DNA from: Tissierellia bacterium
GTDB taxonomy: Bacteria > Bacillota > Clostridia > Tissierellales > Tissierellaceae
NCBI GenBank assembly: GCA_012518035.1
Contig: JAAYTL010000001.1
Span: forward strand, 20,374 to 84,373
Reading direction: 5' to 3'
Length of the DNA stretch: 64,000 nt
Made by a program: the position numbers and the translations under genes. This document shows, one piece after another, positions 57,560 through 64,000 of this stretch (its first letter is position 1; each line of letters opens with the position of its first letter). The notes beneath the pieces are model-generated. The model did not search any database, was not told where the DNA came from, and saw nothing but the letters and a program-made list of their open reading frames with translations.

Positions 57560-58294
57560 TTAACCCGCTCCCATTTCATTTTTAATGATAATTAAGTCCG
57601 AAAAAGCTTCATCCTGCCTAACCAGAATGATCTTTAATCTAATCAACTCAAGCAAGGATAAAAAATATGATATTATCTCATTTCTTGTGGAATCCTTACC
57701 TAATAAATTACTAAAGCTCATTCGTTTGCATGCTTCTAGTCGTTTAAGGAGGTTCTCTGTACATTCTTCTATGGTGAACTCATCCCTGCTTATTTCGTCT
57801 AATACTAGATCTTCTGATTTAAGCCCTCTCCTATCCAAAATCCTATTTAGGGTATTAAATAAAAGATCTACATCAAAGGGACCTATATCCAACTCCTCTT
57901 CAAGAAATTGGGATAAGTCTTCCTGGGGCTTATAAAAGGCCTTAAGCCCTAGGGACTCATATTTACGTAGCTCACTAGCAATGGCCTTAAACCTCTTGTA
58001 GGCAATCAGCCTCCTTGCAAGTTCCTCCCTTGGGTCCTCCTCTTCCTCCTCATCCCCCTCAGTAGGTTTGGGTAGTAGGAGCTTTGACTTTATCTCAAGG
58101 AGGGTGGCAGCCATAACTAGAAAATCACTAGTGACCTCTAAATCAAACCTTCCCATCCTATCAATATAGTCTAGGTATTGCTCAGTTATTAAGTTTATTG
58201 GAATGTCATATATATCTATCTTGGCCTTTTCAATCAAGTCCAAGAGAAGATCCATGGGACCTTCATAGGTATCTAGTACTATTTTATAGTCCAT
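57560..58294 (-). CDS. scpA: segregation and condensation protein A (kleisin)
   Basis: YEGPMDLLLDLI N-terminal kleisin motif. Confidence 0.9.
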   Translation of the reverse strand: MDYKIVLDTYEGPMDLLLDLIEKAKIDIYDIPINLITEQYLDYIDRMGRFDLEVTSDFLVMAATLLEIKSKLLLPKPTEGDEEEEEDPREELARRLIAYKRFKAIASELRKYESLGLKAFYKPQEDLSQFLEEELDIGPFDVDLLFNTLNRILDRRGLKSEDLVLDEISRDEFTIEECTENLLKRLEACKRMSFSNLLGKDSTRNEIISYFLSLLELIRLKIILVRQDEAFSDLIIIKNEMGAG

Positions 58295-58307
58295 ATCCTT
58301 CTCCTAT

Positions 58308-58889
58308 TTAAATAGCCAACAATATATTGAGCACCAAATATATCATTGGACTTAAAATCCTATCAATCATGTTTGTATAAATCATAAGAATCAAGATTAT
58401 ATAGAAATACCTCTCATACCTATAAAAGAAATATTCAATTCTATCAGGTAAGAGACTGGCAACGATTTTTGACCCATCTAAGGGTGGAAAGGGTAAAAGA
58501 TTAAAGATTCCCAACATAATGTTATACCAAAGGGTTATGACCAGCATTTGAGTCAGTAAGTAATTTCTAACTATATTTGATTTAAGTATAATAACCACAA
58601 GGATAGCTAGAAAAAAATTTGAGATCGGTCCAGCCAGGGATACCAGGAGGGTATCTCTTTTTCTTTTTTTAAAGTTCAAGGGGTTTATAGGAACAGGCTT
58701 GGCCCATCCGAACTTAAAAATAAGCATGGCTAAAAAGCCAATTGGATCTATATGCTTAAGTGGATTCAAGGTCAATCTTCCTTCACTTTTAGCTGTATCA
58801 TCACCAAGGGCATAGGCAGTTAATCCATGGGCTAACTCATGAAAAACTATGGCAACCAGTAAGCCTGGCAAAGAATAAACGAATTCCAT
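58308..58889 (-). CDS. site-2 protease family (M50) membrane metalloprotease
   Basis: FHELAHG zinc motif in TM1, NLLPFPPLDGS motif, multi-TM. Confidence 0.8.
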   Translation of the reverse strand: MEFVYSLPGLLVAIVFHELAHGLTAYALGDDTAKSEGRLTLNPLKHIDPIGFLAMLIFKFGWAKPVPINPLNFKKRKRDTLLVSLAGPISNFFLAILVVIILKSNIVRNYLLTQMLVITLWYNIMLGIFNLLPFPPLDGSKIVASLLPDRIEYFFYRYERYFYIILILMIYTNMIDRILSPMIYLVLNILLAI

Positions 58890-58950
58890 GTAAACTTCCT
58901 CTCTATGTTTTCTCCATCCTTAGCATCAAGGACTTTCATATTAACATTAT

Positions 58951-58980
58951 ACAACCTCGACAGGTTTATGTCGAGGTTGT
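58951..58980 (-). other. strong hairpin between the dacF-like and M50 genes
   Basis: ACAACCTCGAC-AGGTTTAT-GTCGAGGTTGT, an 11-bp stem. No clear T tract on the minus strand. Confidence 0.4.
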
Positions 58981-58987
58981 GGATAGC

Positions 58988-60136
58988 CTATTTCCCGAAT
59001 AAAAAGTTCTCCCAGAGTTTTTTTAACAGGTGGACCAGGCTGGCCTTTCCAATTTCTGATTTGGCTACAAGGTTGATTCTATCAATCTCTTGACCGTCTA
59101 GTTTTACAATATATTCTCCTATTTTTTGACCTTGTTCAATAGGAGCTTTTATATGATCAGGATAAAGAATATCTTTTTCTATATTTGCTTTTTCACCTTT
59201 AGGTAGGAGTAGGTGGCTATCCCTCTCCAAAATAATGGAAAGGCTATCCTCCTTACCTTTCTCAATGGGAATGTCAGCAACCACATCCCCCCTCCTACCT
59301 ATAACCGTAGATTCATAATTAGCAAAGCCATAATCTAGGAGTTTGGCAGCCTCAGTAAATCTCAAGGCTGATGTTTCAGCTCCCATGACTACAGCAATTA
59401 ATTGCAGATCCCCCCTCTTGGCTGAGGCAGAAAGGCAATACTTAGCTTCAGAAGTAGAGCCTGTTTTAATACCATTTGCCCCCTCATAATCCTTAATAAG
59501 CCTATTGGTGTTTACCATGGTTTGAACACTAGGCTTAGACTTGCCCACCTTCATATCCTCCATATAGGTAGTTAAGTAAGGGATAATTTCCTCATGTTTC
59601 ATCAACTCCCTGGACATGATCCCAATATCATAGGCACTGGTATAATGGTCCTCTTCAGGTAGTCCACTGGAGTTCTTGAAGTTGGTATTTTCCATTCCTA
59701 GTTGGGCTGCCCTTTCATTCATCAGGTCTACAAAGGTTTCTTCAGAGCCCGCTATATGGACTGCCAGGGCTATTGAGGCATCGTTGGCTGACCTAATGCA
59801 TATAGCCTTCAACAAGCTTTCCACTGTTTGGACTTCACCAGCGTCTAGGTAGACGGAGGTTCCTATAGCCTTTGATGCACTTTCACTTATAATTACCTCT
59901 TCGTCCAATTTTAGACTTCCATTAGCCAGATATTCCATGGCAATTAAGAGGGTCATGATCTTGGTTATACTTGCAGGCGGTAATCTATCATGCTCATTCT
60001 TGGCCAGTATAATCTCTCCAGTATTAAAATCCATAAGTAAGTATGCCTTTGCGCTAAGACCCATATCTGCATAGGCGGTAGAAAAACCAAAGGATAATAT
60101 AATTATCAATAGTATGGATATTAGTCTCTTCTTCAA
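58988..60136 (-). CDS. D-alanyl-D-alanine carboxypeptidase (S11), DacF-like
   Basis: Signal peptide, then ASITKIMT (SxxK), RSANDAS (SxN) and KTGST (KTG). Confidence 0.85.
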   Translation of the reverse strand: MKKRLISILLIIILSFGFSTAYADMGLSAKAYLLMDFNTGEIILAKNEHDRLPPASITKIMTLLIAMEYLANGSLKLDEEVIISESASKAIGTSVYLDAGEVQTVESLLKAICIRSANDASIALAVHIAGSEETFVDLMNERAAQLGMENTNFKNSSGLPEEDHYTSAYDIGIMSRELMKHEEIIPYLTTYMEDMKVGKSKPSVQTMVNTNRLIKDYEGANGIKTGSTSEAKYCLSASAKRGDLQLIAVVMGAETSALRFTEAAKLLDYGFANYESTVIGRRGDVVADIPIEKGKEDSLSIILERDSHLLLPKGEKANIEKDILYPDHIKAPIEQGQKIGEYIVKLDGQEIDRINLVAKSEIGKASLVHLLKKLWENFLFGK

Positions 60137-60209
60137 CAGAATACCTCCAATACAATATTTACAATTATATTATCCAATCTAGCTATTTATATACTATTTT
60201 TACAAGGAC

Positions 60210-61028
60210 TTACATGCCCTTGATAGATTCCAAAACTAAATTCTGGAACTTGTCCTTAACCTTGAGGGAGGTCTCTACTACTTCTTCATGACTCAAGGGC
60301 TGGTCTAGTATTCCTGCCGCCATGTTGGTTATACAGGAAATTCCCATAACCCTAATGCCTTCATGGTTTGCAACTATGACCTCTGGAACAGTGGACATGC
60401 CTACAGCATCAGCCCCTAAGATTGAAGCCATCTTAATCTCAGCAGGAGTCTCATAGGTGGGTCCTGTAAACCACATATAAACCCCTTCCTTGACATCAAG
60501 ACCAAGTTTGTCAGCAGACTTTTTTACCAAGGCCATATATTCCCTATCATATGCCCAAGTCATATCTACAAACCTTGGGCCCTTTTCATCTAGGTTAGGT
60601 CCCATTAGGGGATTGGTTCCTGCATAATTTATATGGTCCTTTATTATCATTAGGTCCCCAGGCTTAAAATTCTTGTTTACACCACCACTAGCATTAGTAA
60701 CAATGAGGGACTCAATTCCTAAACCTATCATTACCCTTACAGGAAATACAACATCCTGGATGGGATATCCTTCATAATAATGGAATCTTCCCTGCATAGC
60801 TACAACATCCTTCCCCTGTAACTTACCAAATATTAACCTGCCTGCATGTCCCTCAACCGTAGAGACGGGAAAATTCACTATATCTTCATATGGTATTACA
60901 AGGGCTTCTTCAACCAAATCAGCTAGGCCCCCAAGTCCAGAACCTAGGATAATACCAATTTGTGGTTTTTTATCAATTTTGGATTTCAAAAATGCAGTTG
61001 TTTCTTCAATTTTTCTAATATAGTCCAT
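60210..61028 (-). CDS. punA: purine nucleoside phosphorylase (trimeric PunA type)
   Basis: GRFHYYEG and MSTVPE motifs. SD GGAGAG precedes ATG 61028; the ORF-track start at 61097 would overlap xerD. Confidence 0.9.
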   Translation of the reverse strand: MDYIRKIEETTAFLKSKIDKKPQIGIILGSGLGGLADLVEEALVIPYEDIVNFPVSTVEGHAGRLIFGKLQGKDVVAMQGRFHYYEGYPIQDVVFPVRVMIGLGIESLIVTNASGGVNKNFKPGDLMIIKDHINYAGTNPLMGPNLDEKGPRFVDMTWAYDREYMALVKKSADKLGLDVKEGVYMWFTGPTYETPAEIKMASILGADAVGMSTVPEVIVANHEGIRVMGISCITNMAAGILDQPLSHEEVVETSLKVKDKFQNLVLESIKGM

Positions 61029-61050
61029 CTTATCTCTCCTCAGTTTAATT

Positions 61051-61893
61051 TTAGTCATCTGACACATAGCGATATAGTTGTAGGGTGGACAAGTCACTGT
61101 GCCCCAGGATCTTCTGAATTTTTATTAAACTTACCCCCTTGTCCAACATATGGACAATAAAGCTATGCCTTAAAATATGGGGACTTATATCCTTATCTAT
61201 ATCAATCTGTTTACTGTACTGTTTAAATATCTTCCATACTCCCTGCCTAGTCAATCTCTCACCATATAGATTAACAAACAAGGGGCTATCAGAGTCTTCA
61301 TTGGCTCTATACCTTGTCAAATAATCTTCTAATGTGTCAAGGACCTTTTTAGCAAGGGGCAGAACCCTTTCCGCTTCTTCCTGTCTAATCTTAATTAAAC
61401 CTGCCTGCAGGTTAATATCTCCTATATCCAAGTCAATAATTTCGGATACCCTCAGACCAATGGAATAGATTAGGTATATTATGGCCCTATCGCGAGCCCC
61501 TTTTTCAACATTTATATTGGTCTGATCTATCAAGAGCTCTACTTCCTCTTTCTTAAGAACATCAGGAGTCTTTCTCTCAGGTTTTGGAGACTTTAAATTA
61601 AAGGTGGGGTCCTCTGGAATGAAATTATTATTTAGTAGATATTGATACAAACATCTTAAAGAGGCCAAATTCCTAGAGATTGTAGAAACAGCCTTACCCT
61701 CCCTTTGTAAATAGGATAGGTATTTTATAATAATTGTTTTGTTTATTTCAAGCAAATTGGACTTACTTGTACTTTTTAGGTATTCTTCAAATTGCAAGGC
61801 ATCTCTGATATAGGCATCCACGGTATTAGATGAAAGCTGCCTTTCTTCCTTTATATAGCGTATGTATTTCTCTAGAATTAGTTCAGCCATCAT
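61051..61893 (-). CDS. xerD: tyrosine recombinase XerD-like
   Basis: HILRHSF (H-x-x-R) and LGHSDLSTLQLY (His/Tyr). Neighbourhood with spoIIM as for ripX in Bacillus. Short at 280 aa. Confidence 0.82.
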   Translation of the reverse strand: MMAELILEKYIRYIKEERQLSSNTVDAYIRDALQFEEYLKSTSKSNLLEINKTIIIKYLSYLQREGKAVSTISRNLASLRCLYQYLLNNNFIPEDPTFNLKSPKPERKTPDVLKKEEVELLIDQTNINVEKGARDRAIIYLIYSIGLRVSEIIDLDIGDINLQAGLIKIRQEEAERVLPLAKKVLDTLEDYLTRYRANEDSDSPLFVNLYGERLTRQGVWKIFKQYSKQIDIDKDISPHILRHSFIVHMLDKGVSLIKIQKILGHSDLSTLQLYRYVSDD

Positions 61894-61907
61894 GCCTCTC
61901 CTCTTCC

Positions 61908-62549
61908 TTATAGTTTAATAAAATAATCCAAGCTTAAGCCTAGTATTCTAGGTGATAAAACTCCCTCTAAAATTGCCCCTACTAGAAGAATTATAGTGTA
62001 AAGTATACCTAAAACAATAGCATCATTAGACCTTCCCTTGTGATAATTTATGAATACCCTGGACAAGGGCTTTCTAACCACTTCCTTGGTAGACATTACT
62101 ACTGCCCCTAAACCTATCAATCCAGCCAGGATAAAAAGGTTTTGGGGATAAATCCCCCCTATGGATAAGACTAGACCTTTTAAACCCATGTTGCTAACTA
62201 AAAACCCAACAGTAAATCCTAAGGTTATCCCCTTGGCTAAAAGGACTAAAGGAAGTATATAGAAGCCAACATTTAGGAAACCCATCAGACAAATTACAAG
62301 GACTAAATATATCTGCTGGACTATTGATGCCCTTAGCACAGAATTCTCTAAATAACTACTTGTAAGGGCTAGACTAAAATATGGATTTGCCAGCCTAAGA
62401 ATCCTAATTTTTGACTCTAAATTAAAGATCTTAATCAGTAAAGGCCCAATTACTATCCCAGAAACCAGGGCTAGGGTTAATATGAGATAATATAAAAAAA
62501 AGTTTTTGAAATGATCCGTAAGCATTCTATAAATTCTTATTAATAGCAA
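61908..62549 (-). CDS. spoIIM: stage II sporulation protein M
   Basis: About 210 aa polytopic membrane protein. Position between xerD and nudF/spo0A. TTG start 7 nt after SD AGGAGG. Confidence 0.75.
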   Translation of the reverse strand: MLLIRIYRMLTDHFKNFFLYYLILTLALVSGIVIGPLLIKIFNLESKIRILRLANPYFSLALTSSYLENSVLRASIVQQIYLVLVICLMGFLNVGFYILPLVLLAKGITLGFTVGFLVSNMGLKGLVLSIGGIYPQNLFILAGLIGLGAVVMSTKEVVRKPLSRVFINYHKGRSNDAIVLGILYTIILLVGAILEGVLSPRILGLSLDYFIKL

Positions 62550-62614
62550 GGTTATTCCTCCTGGTATACAAGCTTTAGTAAATTCTATGCTTGTATATAG
62601 GACTTTATAACCCC

Positions 62615-63154
62615 TTAATTTTTCTCTAAAAACCTCATGGCAATGAAAACTCCTATTATGGTTTTGCTATCCATGATTTCTCCTCTTTCAATCATCCTTA
62701 GCAAATCATCCAGGGGCAGGGTTACCTTTTCAATGAACTCCCCTGAATCCGGCTGGGGATCTACCTCTATCAAGTCTTCAGCCAAAAACAAATGGATCTT
62801 TTCGCTGCTGTAGCCTGGAGAAGTGTAAAATTCAGTAATATAGGATAACTTCTTTGCCTCTAGGGATGTTTCTTCCCTTAACTCCCTGATAGCAGTCTCC
62901 CTAGGTTCCTCATTGACCTCCAACTTACCAGCTGGGATTTCCAAGACAAAATCTTCAACTGCCTTACGATACTGCTTTACTAAAACCATCTCCCTATTAG
63001 CTGTAATGGTTATGATGGCTACTCCACCTGGATGTTCCACTATTTCCCTCTTTGAATATCCCTTGTCAGGAAGTTCTACAGTATCTATCTTTAAGTTGAG
63101 AACTTTCCCCTCGTAAACCTTCTCTGACTTCATGGTTTTTTCTTCTTTAAGCAT
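62615..63154 (-). CDS. nudF: ADP-ribose pyrophosphatase (Nudix)
   Basis: Nudix box GKLEVNEEPRETAIRELREETSL. Confidence 0.85.
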   Translation of the reverse strand: MLKEEKTMKSEKVYEGKVLNLKIDTVELPDKGYSKREIVEHPGGVAIITITANREMVLVKQYRKAVEDFVLEIPAGKLEVNEEPRETAIRELREETSLEAKKLSYITEFYTSPGYSSEKIHLFLAEDLIEVDPQPDSGEFIEKVTLPLDDLLRMIERGEIMDSKTIIGVFIAMRFLEKN

Positions 63155-63228
63155 TGAAAAGTACCTCCAATTCGCATTTTATATGAGGAAGTTTATATAA
63201 GTATCTTTAATTATACCATATAAACAAT

Positions 63229-63267
63229 TAGAGAAAAACCTTCTACCAAATAGAAAGTTTTTCTCTA
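63229..63267 (-). terminator. spo0A terminator
   Basis: 17-bp stem with one mismatch (TAGAGAAAAACCTTCTA / TAGAAAGTTTTTCTCTA) and loop CCAAA, 14 nt after the spo0A stop. Confidence 0.65.
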
Positions 63268-63280
63268 ACTATATTATATT

Positions 63281-64000
63281 CTACTTATAAGCTGATATAC
63301 TAGACCCCTCTTCCTCAAGTCTAAGTTTGTCAGCAATCAAGGCTATAAATTCTGAATTAGTAGGCTTACCCTTGGCATTATTGATGGTGTAGCCAAATAT
63401 CCTATCTAAGGTTTCTATCTTACCCCTATTCCAGGCCACCTCAATGGCATGCCTGATAGCCCTTTCAACCCTACTTGAAGTAGTATTGAACTTGGAAGCT
63501 ACAGCTGGATATAATTCCTTGGTAACAGCTCCAAGGTAGTCCATGTCATCAATTACCATATTGATGGCCTCCCTTATGTATAGGTAGCCTTTAATATGGG
63601 CTGGTATTCCGATTTCTTGAATAATCTTAGTGATTTTAGTCTCTAAATCCCTTTCCCTAAAAGAATTACTATCCTCTTTGACCTCTAAATATCCCTTGTC
63701 TCCTTCCCTAACCTGGCTGGTGTCCATATCATATATTTGTCTTAGCCTATCGATGAGAATGTTAAAATCAAAGGGCTTTACCATATAATAGGATGCACCT
63801 AATTCTATTGCCCTATGAGTAATAGTATCTTGACCTACAGCAGACAAGACTATTACCTTTGGAAAGTAAGAATCATTGGATTCGTTGAGTCTTTCCAAAA
63901 CTCCCAAACCATCCAAATGAGGCATAATAATGTCTAAAACCAGTATATGGGGCCTTTCTTTTTCAATAAGTCTTAAGGCCTCCAGACCATCTCTTGCAAT
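63281..64000 (-). CDS. spo0A: sporulation master regulator Spo0A (5' end lies outside the window)
   Basis: Spo0A-specific C-terminal signature [15 protein letters not shown]. The frame stays open to position 64000 and reads receiver-domain sequence ([31 protein letters not shown]). Confidence 0.96.
   Translation of the reverse strand: MARDGLEALRLIEKERPHILVLDIIMPHLDGLGVLERLNESNDSYFPKVIVLSAVGQDTITHRAIELGASYYMVKPFDFNILIDRLRQIYDMDTSQVREGDKGYLEVKEDSNSFRERDLETKITKIIQEIGIPAHIKGYLYIREAINMVIDDMDYLGAVTKELYPAVASKFNTTSSRVERAIRHAIEVAWNRGKIETLDRIFGYTINNAKGKPTNSEFIALIADKLRLEEEGSSISAYK

Noticed and set aside
1-64000. rRNA or tRNA genes, CRISPR arrays, IS elements or transposases, inteins, group II introns.
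   Set aside because: No T-loop-like GGTTCGAATCC-type sequences or cloverleaf candidates were noticed in the intergenic regions. There are no regularly spaced direct repeats and no transposase-like ORFs. PolC, RecA, MutS and the other large proteins have normal lengths with no insertions.

Overview
This is a 64-kb stretch of core chromosome from a low-GC, endospore-forming Firmicute. It looks Clostridia/Tissierellia-like: spo0A, spoIIM, dacB/dacF-type PBPs, a pdaB-like deacetylase and an IspH-S1 fusion are all present. Housekeeping genes are densely packed. I saw no rRNA, tRNA, CRISPR, IS element or prophage genes.

**Layout**
- 1-36.1 kb is on the + strand except for one gene. In order: tsf (3' end), pyrH-frr, uppS-cdsA-rseP-ispG-polC, rimP-nusA-ylxR-infB-rbfA-nrnA-truB-ribF, rpsO, pnp, deacetylase, dut, ymxH-like, tepA-like, ftsK/spoIIIE, pgsA-cinA, recA, a 4-gene SbcD/Rad50-like operon, rny, a PHP phosphoesterase, PadR, a Xer-like recombinase, and a divergent yneA-like/lexA SOS pair.
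- 36.1-64 kb is entirely on the - strand. Read along that strand: spo0A (partial), nudF, spoIIM, xerD, punA, dacF-like, an M50 protease, scpA-scpB, dacB-like, rluB, an ytqB/mnmM-like methyltransferase, RpiR, a flavoprotein, cmk-plsC-ispH/rpsA, three tandem M42 peptidases, MerR, and miaB-mutS-mutL-miaA-hfq-ynbB.

**Main observations**
1. The operon between recA and rny pairs an Mre11/SbcD-type phosphoesterase with a Rad50/SbcC-like ATPase encoded in three pieces. The break falls just after a CPFC zinc-hook motif. One break is a single in-frame TAG, so gene decay is a live alternative.
2. A 590-bp ORF-poor AT-rich gap sits upstream of the Xer-like recombinase. It holds a 32-bp near-perfect palindrome with a 12-8-12 recombinase-core-site architecture and a third half-site copy.
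3. The complete + to - strand switch at about 36.1 kb suggests that the window spans the replication terminus or an inversion breakpoint. A terminator hairpin nearby carries a word resembling the XerD arm of dif.
4. The SOS boxes at recA and at yneA/lexA are clear.

The rest of the window looks ordinary. All calls come from reading the ORF translations and the sequence, with motifs recalled from memory. No searches were run, and start codons are best guesses from Shine-Dalgarno (SD) spacing.
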